Part shown: one piece after another, positions 1-12,049 of the stretch
Layout of the letters: each line of letters begins with the position of its first letter
Position numbering within the stretch: the first letter of the stretch is position 1
Assembly: GCF_963921235.1 (NCBI RefSeq)
Contig: NC_086097.1
Span: 165,418,001 to 165,482,000 of the forward strand
DNA from: Mobula hypostoma
Taxonomy: Eukaryota
Direction of reading: 5' to 3'
Length of the DNA stretch: 64,000 nt
Made by a program: the position numbers and the translations under genes
The notes under the pieces: model-generated
Database searches by the model: none
What the model saw: the letters and a program-made list of their open reading frames with translations, nothing else
Told to the model about the DNA's origin: nothing

Positions 1-149
1 GTTTGGTGCCATTAGTTCTCATCTTCTGCAACCTGATCTGTCTGTCTGTATCCCAGGAGTCAAATTATTCTCTGATATCCTTTAACAGTGTGACTCTCAC
101 CACTCCCTCCTGGGCCCCCAGTCATTTACTAGGATGCAATTCCATTCTT

Positions 150-1060
150 GTTTCCTCTGCCTCTTCTGCATCTATTCTCATGAGACTTTCTATTCAGAAA
201 GTGGAGTTCCCCCTCCTCCCACTGTTAACAAGGTAAACACTACTTGCATCTCTTGTATTTCCCACAAAACTGGTATTGTCCAATCACCCCCAGACATAAT
301 AGGGGTAGTTCCCCTTGTCCTCACCTATCAGGTGTGGCCTCTTCTATATTGGTGAGACCCAACACAGACGGGGGAATTGCATTGTTGAGCACCTATACCC
401 CGTCTGCCTTAACAGCCAGCGTCTCCTGGTGGCCAGTCTTTTTAATTCCACTTCCCATTCCCACACAGACATGTCTGTACACAGGTTCCTCCACAGTCAA
501 GGTGCAGGTGAGAGGAACCGCACCCTGTATTCCACCTTTGTAGGCAGGAACATCCATTTCTTCAACTTCCCTTAGTCCCTATCCTCCCACCCCTTATTTT
601 CTCTTGTCTCATTGGTCCCAAAGCCCTTCTCTTTTCCCTCCAGCCTTTCCATCTGCCCATCACCCACACCTTCACCTTTTTCTCTTCAGCTTATGTCCTT
701 ACCCCCTTCTCTTTTCCATGGGACACTGTCCTCTCTTCTATCAGGTTCGATCTTCTTCAGTCCTTTGAGTCTTCCAACAATCATCTCCCAGCTTCTTGCA
801 TCATTCTCACTCCCTTCTCCCCCACCTGCCTATCTTCCCTCTCTTGCTCACCACCGCTCATCACCTGCCACTCACCAGCTCTTGCTCTAACCCTTCCCCA
901 GGTGCTTTTATACCGGCTGTTGTCCCTCTTTCTTAAGAGTCCTGATGAAGGGTCTCGACCCAAAACATTGACTGGCCATTTCCCACTATAGATGCTGCTT
1001 GACATGCTGAATACCTCTAGCATTTTTTGTGTTCCACCAGATTTCCAGTACCTTCAGGTT
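150..1060 (+). mobile_element. Penelope-like element 3' fragment (GIY-YIG remnant plus pseudo-LTR)
   Basis: ORF 315..575 contains RCGLFYIGETQ...VEHL...FNSTSHSHTDMS. It is followed by a pyrimidine-rich tract and a decayed hammerhead motif ctgatga...caaaac at 942-966. Confidence 0.8.
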
Positions 1061-2599
1061 CATATCTATTGAAAATAATTTTCTTTGGCTCAGTTTTGTA
1101 GATGAACATCAATACCAGATATCTTCAATTAAGTTGGAACTTACAGTGAAATTTCTGTGGTCTTCTGCATGCTTTTGGTGTTATAAAATCAGGCTCAGTA
1201 ACAAAACAATTCAAACTGGGTTAATATTGGAATCTGGGATTTGTTGCACAAACAACTTTGAAACCAGTTTTCACCAAGTTTTTTGAGGCAGCCTCAACTG
1301 AGTGGTTAAAGAAGCACTGGCAGGCATGTTTTGATTTCGGAAGGTATTTGACAACATGCCTTTTGAAGGATAAAGTCACAGAATTTGAGCACATGATTTT
1401 GGAGGTGTCTTAGTGACATGGATAAAGATTTTGCTAATGAGCAGGAAAAACACAAGAAAATAGGTGTCCCTCAAGCCTAACTTGCCATTTCTTGTGAATG
1501 TGGCCTTAGCTCTTCTGTGCAGTATCTCTGTAGCTCTCAGTTCCCTGAACTTCCAAAAAGTTAAAAAGTCAGAGTCTACGCTATTAACCTCTTTAAAGGC
1601 TCAAGTAATCTAGCCTCCACAACCTTCCAGATTAGAGAATTCCATATGTTCTCTACTCTCTGTCAGAAGAAATTTGTTGTAAATGACTGTCACATTATCT
1701 TGTAACTATGTTCCCTTATCGAAGACTCTCTCATCATTGGGAACACCTCAGCAGGTACCTTATCATATCCCCTTAGGATCTTGCAAGTTTTAATAATGTC
1801 GCTCCTCATTCCTGTAAATTCCAAAGAAAGTTGCTCATAACTGTATCACCTTTTCACTTAAGAAATTAGCCTGATGAACTCCGATGCTACTACATCGTTG
1901 TATATGGGGACCAAATTCTCCAGGTGTTGCCACTTGTAACAGTACCTTTCTATTTCTAACTTCACCCCCTTACGATAAAGGCAAATATACCATATGTTTG
2001 TCTTAACTATTGCTGAGTCTGCCTGCAAACCTCCCGTGATTCACTCACCTAGGTCTCCCTGTACTTCATTCATTTGCAATTTCTCACTATTTCCAACAAT
2101 GAATGACTTTGCATATGCCCATTTTCTACCTGTGTATATTCTGGGTCAGTGTTCTAATATCTTCATCATAGCGAATTATTATTGTGAAGAAAGCACAGCA
2201 GCACCTGTACTTCCTCAGGAGTCTGTGCATGTCATTGAAAACCTTGGCAAACTTCAGCGGATGTGTGGTGGAAAGTGTGCTTTCATTATGGTCTGGTATG
2301 GAAATGTCAATGCCTTTGAGCAGAAAATTCTACAAAAAGTAGTGGATCCAGCCCAGTACCTCACAGGTAAAACCTTCCCAACCACTGAGCACATCTACAT
2401 GAAAGGTTGCTGTAGAAAGGCAGCATCTATCATCAAAGATCCTCACCACCCAGGCCATGGTCTTCTCACTGCTCCCATCAGGTAGAACAGTGGTCTCCAA
2501 CCACCGGGCCGCAAAGCATGTGCTACCGGGCCGTGAAGAAACGATATGAGTCAGCTGCACCTCTCCTCATTCCCTGTCATGCACTGTTGAACTTGAACA

Positions 2600-3724
2600 T
2601 AGGGTTGTCAACTGTCCCGTATTTGCCGGGACATCCCATATATTGGGCTAAATTGGTTTGTCCCATACGGGACCGCCCTTGTCCTTTTTTTTTAGATTAT
2701 GAAGACACTCAGTCCTCTTTTATTGTCATTTAGTAATGCATGTATTAAGAAATGATACAATATTTCCTCCGGTGTGATATCACAAAACACAGGACAGAGC
2801 AAGACTGAAAAAACTAACAAAACCATATAATTATAACATATAGTTACAACAGTGCAACAATACCATAACTTGATGGAGAAGTCCATGAGCACAGTAAAAA
2901 GTTCAAAGTCTCTCAAATGTCCCACATCTCACGCAGACGGGAGAAGGAAGAAAAACTCTCCCTGCCATGCCGACCACAGTCCGACTGAGTCATCCAAAAA
3001 CTTCAAGCCTCTGATCAGCTCTCCGACACTGAGTACTGAGCGCCATCTCTGTCCGAACGATTCGACCTCAATCTCGGTCGCCAACAGCAGGCAAAGCCGG
3101 GGATTTTGAGGCCTTCCCTCCGGAAGATTCCCGACCGCACAGTAGCAACAGCAGCGAACTGGCGTTTCAGAAATTCTCCAGATGTTCCTCTGTGCTTTCA
3201 CGTCTGTCTCCATCAAATCAGAATTGTCCACGGCTCCTATTTCCCCCGCTAAGGTAGAGCATTCCTATGAAACCTTTCATGCCAAAGTGGCGTGAAGCAA
3301 AGAAGCAGTTACCATTAATTTATATGGGAAAAATTTTTGAGCGTTCCCAGACCCAAAAAATAACCTACTAAATCATATCAAATAACACATAAAACCTAAA
3401 ATAACACTAACATATATTAAAAGCGGGAATGATACGATAAATACACAGCCTATATAAAGTAGAAATAATGTATGTGCAGTGTAGTCGGGAAGATGAAGGC
3501 AAAACCGATTTGTGGGGGAAAAGATTGGGACGTACGCGCATGTGCATATCACATGAGCACGTCACGCATGCGCACACAGGTGCCCGCGCAAGGCTTCATG
3601 GTCATGGTAGTCTTTCCTGGGGTTAAGTGTCCCGGGATTTGACTGCTACTTTTGTCCCTTACTTGGGAGTGAGAAAGTTGACAACCCTAACTGTAAAAGA
3701 CATGTTGAGGTGAGTTTAACCCTA
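2600..3724. mobile_element. Second non-autonomous hAT nested in the first
   Basis: Left TIR TAGGGTTGTCAACT; matching AGTTGACAACCCTA ends at 3689. The 8-bp TSD CTTGAACA lies at 2592-2599 and 3725-3732, after a second AACCCTA end. Confidence 0.8.
2685..3235 (-). mobile_element. Non-coding retroposed element (SINE-like or LINE 3' UTR) nested in the inner hAT
   Basis: On the minus strand it ends ...AATGACAATAAAAG...ATAATCTA(A)n, seen as a poly-T run at 2685-2693. No credible protein. Confidence 0.55.
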
Positions 3725-4409
3725 CTTGAACACCTCCCCCCCCCCCCAGGTTGGCCGGTCCGTAAGAATATTGTCAATATTAAACCAGTCTGTGGTGCAA
3801 AAAAGGTTGGGGACCCCTGAGGTAGAAGGTACAAGTGCCTTAGTGCTCACATCACCAGGTTCAAGAATGGTTATTACCCCTCAATCCTCAAGCTCTTTAG
3901 CAAAAGGAGATCACTGCACTTATTTAAGGACTCTTTTATTGTAATTTCATGCTTGTTATTTATTGCTGTTTACTTATATCTGCATATGCACAGTTTGTTT
4001 ACATTTAACAGTTTACAATATTCAATTACTATTCTATAGATTTGCTCAGTGTGCCACAGAAAAAGAATCTCAGGGTTGTATGTGGTGACATATGTACTCT
4101 GATAATAAATTTTACTTTTACCCTTGATAGCAAGGAGGGATAGGGTGGTTGTTTTTGGGTTGGTGAATGGGGCTCCATGCTGGGACATTTTACTGGCTTG
4201 GACCAGAGAAAAGTTGATTGATCGGTAAAAGAATCAAGGGTTATGGTGAAAGGGCAGAGCGGTAAACTGAAGAAAACTGGATCAGCTATAGGTGGAGCGG
4301 GCTTGAGCGGCATAGCCAACTCTTGTTTTCACCATTTATGATCTTGTGTACTGCACAATCAAAAGATATCCTTTTAGGCCCTAATAATTGTTACTTATAA
4401 GTTCAAACT

Positions 4410-4765
4410 CGTTCTGAAGCTGTGCCACACTGTCAACTGTGGTGTCTTCTGGGAGCAATGTTACAATGAGGTTCAGTCAACTGTCTTGGATGTAGGTAGA
4501 AGATCCTGTCCCATTGCACTATTTTTAAGTGCAGGAGGTCCTGACAGCCTAAACTCCAACAGATTATTTGATTGCAATTTTGTTTTTTGTGGAATCTTGC
4601 CGTCTATAGAAGTAGAAGCAGGATTAGATAGTTTTGGACCTTATTCCTGCTGTACCCTTCCACAGAGTTAAGGCTGTTTCTTGCATTTCAACAGTGGCTA
4701 CACTTCACCACTGCTGACTGATCTGAAGAAGTGAAAGGCATATATAAACGCAAGTTGTTGTTCTC
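4410..4765 (+). mobile_element. Old Deu-domain-like SINE remnant
   Basis: Recognised from memory by degraded motifs (gatcc..attgcactattt; tgtggaatcttgc; acagtggctacacttca) and the tail gtgaaaggcatatataaacgcaagtt. Confidence 0.45.
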
Positions 4766-4879
4766 AGAGTGGGTTTATGGTTAGCTTAATGTCGTATTTG
4801 ATCAGACTTTGATGCATATCTTAGATTAGTATAGCATGAAACAGGGCTATACCAACTACAGCATCCTCTCTGCTGGTCA

Positions 4880-6070
4880 TAGCCATAGAAAAGTACAGCT
4901 GAGGAGTAGGCCCTTTGGCCCATCTAGTCCGTACTGAAGCATTTAAACTGCCTACTCCCATCAAACTGTACCGAGATCATAGCCCTCCATACCCTTACCA
5001 TCCATGTACATATCTATACTTCTCTTGAACATTGAAATTGAGCTTGCATGCATCATTTGTATTCACAGCTCCTTCCACACCCTCACAATACTCTGTATGA
5101 AAAAGTTTCTCCTAATGTTCCCCTTAAACTTTTAACCTTTCACCCTTAACCCATGACCTCTGGTTGTAGTCCCGCCCAAACTTAGTCGAAAGAGCCTGCT
5201 TGCATTTACCCTGTCTACACATATCATCATTTTGTATACCTTTCTCAAATTGCCTCTCAATCTTTGATGTTCCAGGGAATTAATTCCTAACCTACTCAGT
5301 CTTTCCCTGTAACTCAGGCCCTCCAGACCTGGCAACATCCTTGTAAATTTTCTCTGTACTCTTTCAACCTTACTTACGTCTTTGATCCCCATTGCCTGCA
5401 TTTAACACATAACCCTCCATGCTTCTCCCCTTCACATACCTATCCAAATGCCTCAATCATTTCCTCTGGCATCTCGTTCCAGGTATTCAACTTCCCTTTG
5501 TGAAAAGAAGTTACCTCTCAGTTCCCTTTTAAATATCTCCCCTTTTGTGTTTCTGTTCCCCCCTCCCAAGACATAGAGACCAACTTCTTCCCATGACTCA
5601 GACCCAGGCAGCGTCGTCGTAAATCTCTTCCACATACTCTCCAGCTGAAACAATGTCTTTCCTATAACAGGGTGACCAAAACCATACATGATACTCTGTA
5701 CTCCGAGTCTGGCCTCACCAATGACTTAGATAACTGCAGCATAATGTCCCTACTCCTAAACTTCGTGTCTTGACTGAGCTCCTCCCCCACCCTGTCTGCT
5801 TGCATGGCCGCTTTCAGTGAACTATGCACATGTATTCCTGGGTCCTCTGTCCCACAATATTCATCAATGACCTGCTATTCACTATATAAGTCCCACCTTG
5901 TTTTGAATATTCAAAGTGCATTACATCACTCTTAACTGATCAAGATCTCTTTGTAATTCATTATAACTTGTTTCATTATCAACAAGATTCTCTAATTTTG
6001 TATCATCAGCAAACTTGCTAATTGTGCCACATACATTCATATCTAAATCACTTGCATAAATAATGAATAG
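4880..6070 (-). mobile_element. CR1 LINE ORF2 3' fragments (two adjacent copies)
   Basis: ERVQRKFTRMLPGLEGLSYRERL (5132..5401) and ISKFADDTKL (5921..6178). Confidence 0.85.
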
Positions 6071-6076
6071 TAGGAG

Positions 6077-7365
6077 TATATGGATTTTAGCAAGGCATTT
6101 GATAAGGTACCCCATGCAAGGCTTATTGAGAAAGTAAGGAGGCATGGGATCCAGGAGTGGCTTGCCCACAGAAGGCAAAGAGTGGTTGTAGATGGGTCAT
6201 ATTCTGCATGGAGGCTGGTGACCAATGGTGTGCCTCAGGGATCTGTTCTGGGACCCCTCCTCTTTACGATTTTTATAAATGACCTGGATGAGGAAGTGAA
6301 CAACAGGAATTCTGCAGATGCTGGAAATTCAAGCAACATACATCAAAGTTGCTGGTGAACGCAGCAGGCCAAGCAGCATCTATAGGAAGAGGTGCAGTCG
6401 ACGTTTCAGGCCGAGACCCTTCGTCAGGATGAGGAAGTGGATGGGTTAGTAAATTTGCTGATGACACAAAGGTTGGGGGTGTTGTGGATAGTGTGGAGGG
6501 CTATCAGAGGTTACAACGGGACATTGATAGGATGCAAAACTAGGCTGGGAAGTGGCAGATGGAGTTCAACCCAGATAAGTGTGAGGTGGTTCATTTTGGT
6601 AGGTTAAGTATGATGGCAGAATATAGTACTAATGGTAAGACTCTTGGCAGTGTGGAGGATCGGAGGATCAGAGGATTCTTGTGGTTCGAGTCCATAGGAA
6701 ACTCAAAGCTGTTATGCAGGTTGACTCTGTGGTTAAGAAGGCATATGGTGCATTGGCCTTCTTCAATCGTGGGATTGAGTTTAAGAGCGAAGAGCTAATG
6801 TTGCAGCTATATAGGACCCTGGTCAGACCCCACTTGGAGTACTCTGCTCAATTCTGGTCTCCTCACTACAGGAAGGATGTGGAAGCCATAGAAAGGGTGC
6901 AGAGGAGATTTACAAGGATGTTGCCTGGATTGGGGAGCATGCCTTATGAGAATAGGTTGAGTGAACGCCTTTTCTCCTTGGAGTAACGGAGGATGAGAGG
7001 TGACCTGATAGAGGTGTACAAGATGATGAGAGACATTGATTGTGTGGATAGTCAGAGGCTTTTCCCCAAGGCTGAGATGGCTAGCATGAGAGGGCACAGT
7101 TTTAAGGTGCTTGGAAGTCGGTACAAAGGAGATGTCAGGGGTAAGTGTTTTTACGCAGAGAGTGGTGAGTGCGTGGAATGGGCTGCCGGTGGGGGTGGTG
7201 GAGGTGGAAGCAATAGGGTCTTTTAAGAGACTCCTGGATGGCAACATGGAGCTTAGAAATATAGAGGGCTATGGGTAAAGCCTAGGTAGCTCTAAGGTAG
7301 GGACATGTTTGGCATAGCTTTGTGAGCCGAAGGGCCTGTATTGTGCTGTAGGTTTTCTATGTGTG
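6077..7365 (+). mobile_element. CR1 LINE RT-to-3'UTR fragment
   Basis: [40 protein letters not shown] and ERVQRRFTRMLPG motifs, with frameshifts. Confidence 0.92.
6299..6426 (-). mobile_element. Short Penelope pseudo-LTR insertion with 13-bp TSD
   Basis: Flanked by GGATGAGGAAGTG at 6286-6298 and 6427-6439 inside the CR1 RT. Carries the hammerhead core on the minus strand. Confidence 0.85.
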
Positions 7366-9009
7366 CCAGCATTGACCCTTGGGGGAAATCCGCTAGTCAA
7401 ATGCCTCTGGTTGGAGAATTTACCTTCAACCATCAACCCTCTGCTTCCTAACATTGAGCCAATTGTGAATCCACCTTACCAGCTCTCCTTGAGGACTATG
7501 TAATCTAATCTTCCAGATCAGTCTGCCACGCGAGACATTGTCAAAAGTCTTATATTCCAAAAGGTCCATAACGTCCACTGCCCTACCTTCATCTATCCCA
7601 TTAGTTATCTCTTAAAAAACTCACAAAGATTTGTCAGACTTGATCTCCCATGTGTAAAATCGAATGAACTACTTTATCCTATGGCAATTTTCTCCCCGGC
7701 CTCCCATAAGGTCTGGGGATGCACTTGATGGTCTTTAAGAGGATCTAGTCTCTCCCTAGTTAGCCTTTAACAGTCAATGTAACTGAAGGACGTTTTCGGA
7801 TTATTCTTTGTGTTCTGGCTGGCCCAGTCAATACAAGGAGAATTGAAATGTCCTCCAACTTGTATAATGACCTCTAGCTGTTTGCACTCCCCCCTTGAGA
7901 ATTTTCTGCATGACATTGGGAAGAATAAGAGATTGCTGGAAATATTTAATGAGTCAGACAGAATCTGCAGAGAGTAAAATGGTTAAAGCTTTGGTCTGTA
8001 ATATTTCATCTGATTAAGACCTGAAGCTTCGGATTTTCTGCAGCTATAGTAGCTTGCTTTTCTGAGATGGGCCCTTATGATTGCACAGTGTTGCTTGGAG
8101 TGACTTCCAGTTTAATCTGCATCTAATGGAGGGTATTGTTTTTTATGAAGTTCATTTAAGTGAAGAAAAGCCTTTTGTGGTCTGTTGTTTTAGTCCGGAT
8201 GTTGCTGCTAGGGATAGCAGTAGGGGAAGATTCCACTGTGGCACTAAAAATGAAGCTGGATAAGTGTCTGAAAGGAAAGAAATTGCAGAGTGTAGGGGAG
8301 ATGGCAAGGGAGGGGGATAACGGGATAAAATTTACAAAAGGCCAGTTTGAACTCAACAGACTGACCTACTTCTTTGCCTTTCTGTGAAATATTTGTCAAA
8401 CTATCTTACAGCTGTTACTTTTGACCAACCAGCTGCTGTTTGTACTTTATACAAACAAAGCCATGACTAGCATTACATTTCAAATAATGCCTGTCGTATC
8501 TGTGTTCCATGACTAATGCTTTGAGTGCATATTGCGTGACTAGTTCAGCAAGTGTGTGCCAAATGTTTGAAAAAATCTGCCTGAGACATGGAGTTCCAGG
8601 TGCAACTCCAAGAAAAGAGTTACTCATGTTTGATGTTTGGCTGGTGGTATTTTGTGCAGACTTTTGGATTGATGAGATAAAACTGAAGTACAGCTGTGTT
8701 GGCTTCAGTTTCCTGGCATAATTACGGAATTGTGGATTAAATGCTGGCAACTCAAGCAATGTTGCTTCAGCCGAGAATTGTTTGCTGGTGCCAGATTCCC
8801 ATCCCTTGCTGTTGCCTTCCTCCTTCACTGGTCTGCATTGCTTTGGATTAAACTGAGTCTCAAAGTAAAAGGGAGATTTTCTCGCTCATCTGAAGGACAG
8901 TGCTGTTGAATACATGGATATTCATTGAACACTAAATCATTGATTTGAATGAGAGAGCTTCCTGATTGAAGTTTTCCGTTCATCCTCTGCTGCTTTCTAG
9001 CCATCCTAA

Positions 9010-9495
9010 CCCATAAAGCTATAAGTTACAGGAGCAGAATAATGCCATTTGGTCCATCGAGTCTGCTCCGCCATTTCATTACGGCTGATCTTTTCCTTCT
9101 CAGCCCCAATCTCCTGTCTTCTCCCTGAACTCTTTCTGCCCTGTCTAATCGAGAATCTACAATGAATTCTGCGGATTCACCATACTCTGGCTAAAGAAGT
9201 TCCTCTTCATCTCTGTTCTATAATGGACATCCATCTATTCTGAGTCTATGCCCTCTGGTCCTAGACTCTTCTCCCTCTCCCCCCACCAATAGGAAAGATC
9301 CTTTTTACATCACTGTCGAGGCTTCTCAACATTCAATAGGTTTCAATGAGATCCCCCCCTCATTCTTCTGAATTCTAGTGAGTACAGGCCCAGAGTCATC
9401 TCATGTTTCCCATATGGTAACCTTTTCATTTCCAGAATCATTCTCATGAACCTCCTCTGAACCCTCTCCAATATCAACACATCCTTTCTTAGACC
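9010..9495 (-). mobile_element. CR1 3' fragment
   Basis: Reverse complement of the CR1 ORF2 end and 3' UTR, similar to other copies in the window (for example 23470-24000). Confidence 0.75.
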
Positions 9496-9523
9496 TAATG
9501 AGTCAAATCAGATTTATTGTCAC

Positions 9524-9792
9524 TGCAACACACATAAAAGTTGATGGTGAACACAGCAGGCCAGGCAGCATCTATAGGAAGAGGTACAGTCAACGTTTTG
9601 GGCCGAGACCCTTCGTCAGGACTAACTGAAAGAAAAGCTAGTAAGAGATTTGAAAGTGGGTGGGGGAGGGGGAGATCCGAAACATCAACTATACCTCTTC
9701 CTATAGATGCTGCCTGGCCTGCTGCATTCACCAGCAACTTTTAGGTGTGTTGCTTGAAATTCCAGCATCTGCAGATTTCCTCGTGTTTGCGT
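9524..9792. mobile_element. Inverted pair of Penelope pseudo-LTR fragments
   Basis: About 9525-9600 is the reverse complement of about 9678-9753 (gcaacacac...cagcaggccaggcagcatctataggaagaggta / tacctcttcctatagatgctgcctggcctgctg...gtgtgttgc). Confidence 0.85.
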
Positions 9793-10047
9793 TTATTGTC
9801 ACTTACACATGCCATGAAATTCCTTGTTTTGTGGCAGTAGTACACTGCAAGACATTAAAAAAACTATATGTTATAATAAGTGTGAAAGAGGAATAGTGAA
9901 GTATTGTTCATAGGCTCCTCAGCAATATGATGAAATCTGAGAAGAAGGCATGTCCCAGATGCTGAGCATCCTAGTAATGGATTCCATCTTCTTGAGACAT
10001 TGATTTTTGACATTGCTGCCTTTTGAAGATGTCAGAAGGTAGGAAGG

Positions 10048-10265
10048 GGTGCTGTGGTAGAATCGCGATTAGCTTAACATTATTCCAGAACCAGCAACCC
10101 GGATTCAGTTCCACTGTTGTCTATAAAGAGTTTGCGGCTTCTCTGGGATGCTCTGGTTTTCTTCCTCATTACAAAGACATATCGATTAGTAGGTTGATAG
10201 GTCGGTCACATAAGTGTATTTGGGCCTGTTGGCCCACAAAGCCTATTGTTGTGCTGTATCTCCAA
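10048..10265 (+). mobile_element. tRNA-derived V-SINE-like remnant
   Basis: tRNA-like head followed by the V-domain-like ggatgctctggttttcttcctcattacaaagac. Confidence 0.5.
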
Positions 10266-11039
10266 ATACATTATGTCCTCAATAGTGGGGAGGCTTAATG
10301 AAGGTGGATAAGTAAAACTATTTAAAGGTAATGGCAAAAAGGAGGCTGCCTCCCTCCCCACCCCCACCATTCCCTTCCCAGTACATGCCAGCTTTCCATA
10401 GCTGGTACCACTTCCCTCTTCCCTTCCTGTACCCATGGAATTCTTCCCTTCATTTACTGATCCACTTTGAAAACCACAATTGAATCTTCCTTCGTCAACT
10501 TGTCATGCAAGCATTCCATCTGCTTACTACTTGCTGCGTTGAAATACTTAGAAACCCTTTTTATTCCGCCTTGGGTCACTGTTAGTTCTTAAACCAACAT
10601 CATAAATCTCACTCTTCTTGTTCTCAACTGGAGCACCAATGAGAACAATTCATCTTCATCAAGGCCTGTCATTACTTAAAATGCCTCTATACTCCTGTGC
10701 TCTGGCCAGTCGAAATACATGAGTGGCTTATCCCAAGGGCTCCCAGTTCTAGGGGCTGTGCATTAAGCATGCACCAAAGTTCATGGCCTCACACCCCCAG
10801 ACATAGATGAAATGTTAAGAAGTTTTAATTTCAGGATTTCAGGACTTTTCAGTCATGATCTTAATGAATTGGTTGAGCAGTCATAAGGTCAGTTGAATGG
10901 CCTTCCCTTCTCCTGGTTCTATCAATGAAAATTTATTATGTTCTTAAAATGTCTTTTGAATTCTTTATTTCTGTGTTTTTATTTCTCTCCCATCCTTGCA
11001 ATCTCCAAGCACTCCCCATTCTTCTACCCCCAGTGTATA

Positions 11040-11560
11040 TGGTATACTTACCTTTATCGGCTAAGGTACTGAGTGGGAGTTGCAACTATTAGCATTGTAC
11101 AATGGTTCTGCCGCCATTGGAGAATTGGTGCACAGTTCTGGATACAGTGTTATAAGCTGGATGTGATTAAGCAGAGGTTGGAAAAAAGATTCTCAGGAAT
11201 GTTCCCTGGTCTGGAGGTGTTAAGTTATAAGGATTGGTTGAATAGACTGGGACTGCTTCCCTGAAGTGAATGATGACCTTATTGACCTTTATTATGAGGG
11301 CATAGAAAGGGTAGGAGCTCATTTTCTTTCTCCCCATTTGATGTGAGAGAGGAAATATTTAAAAGCGACCTGAGGGTTAAGTTTTTTCACATAGAGGTGG
11401 TAGATATAACAATATTAAAATTACATTTGGACAGGTACACGAATAAGAAAGGTTTATAGGAATACAGGCCAAATGCAGCCAAGTGGTATTAGCGTAGATG
11501 GGTATATTGGTCAGCATGTACTAGTTAGGCTGGAGGGCCTGTTTTCATGCTATAGAATGT
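11040..11560 (+). mobile_element. Old CR1 3' fragment
   Basis: QFWIQCYKLDVI...KRFSGMFPGLE.LSY (ORF 11073..11264). Confidence 0.7.
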
Positions 11561-11730
11561 TCTGAATCTTCCCATTCCTTTTCCCATATTGGTGACTTCT
11601 ATTTACCTTGTTCTTGCATACTTGAATTTCTTCTATTCCTCTAACAGTTCTCCTCTCTTTCCTTACACCTTTCATGTCTCAAGCTTCATTTCAGGCTCAG
11701 CTGTGATCAAATGCTTCCTGATATCTACGT

Positions 11731-11831
11731 AAGCAACACACACAAAATGCTGGTGGAACGCAGCAGGCCAGGCAACATCAATAGGAAGAAGTACAGTCGA
11801 CGTTTTGGGCCAAGACCCTTCATCAGGACTA
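11731..11831 (-). mobile_element. Penelope pseudo-LTR fragment with decayed hammerhead
   Basis: Same family as 6299-6426. The minus strand reads agtcCTGATGAagggtcttggcccAAAACgtcgactg. Confidence 0.8.
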
Positions 11832-12015
11832 TTATTTATTGATTGATTGAGATACAGCACGAAATAGTCCCTTCTGGCCCTTCAACCCATGCCGTCCAGT
11901 AATCCCCCAATTTAATCCTAGCCTAATTATAGGACAATTTACAATGCTCAGTTCTCCAACTGCTACATCTTTGGATTGTGGGAGGAAACCTGAGTGGCCA
12001 GAGGAAGCTGGCATA
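11832..12015 (-). mobile_element. V-SINE-like 3' half
   Basis: The minus strand contains ggtttcctcccacaatccaaagatgt and a CR1-like tail gggctatttcgtgctgtatctc. Confidence 0.55.
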
Positions 12016-12049
12016 GTTGCGGGATTTCAGCAGTCAATTTTTTTTCATG

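Larger units (their letters stand above)
2488..3819. mobile_element. Non-autonomous hAT (Charlie-like) DNA transposon
   Basis: TIRs CAGTGGTCTCCAACC / GGTTGGGGACCCCTG. Perfect 8-bp TSD AGGTAGAA at 2480-2487 and 3820-3827, with a central TA. Confidence 0.9.
2190..4120 (+). mobile_element. Rex1/Babar-type LINE 3' fragment interrupted by hAT insertion
   Basis: VWYGN...LQKVVD.AQ...CCRKAASIIKDPHHPGH (ORF 1994..2485). The sequence resumes after the TSD at 3828 and ends in an ataataaattttactttt tail. Confidence 0.8.

Noticed and set aside
934..975. Functional hammerhead at the first Penelope copy (likewise 9586, 11793, 40675, 46655)
   Set aside because: Core nucleotides are mutated (GAAA>AAAA, altered CTGA box or cleavage triplet), so these are counted only as decayed family members.
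8415..8828. 137-aa minus-strand ORF as a nested gene
   Set aside because: No recognisable domain, a non-ATG start and no convincing splice structure.
10048..10130. tRNA gene
   Set aside because: It is a degenerate tRNA-like SINE head with no complete cloverleaf.
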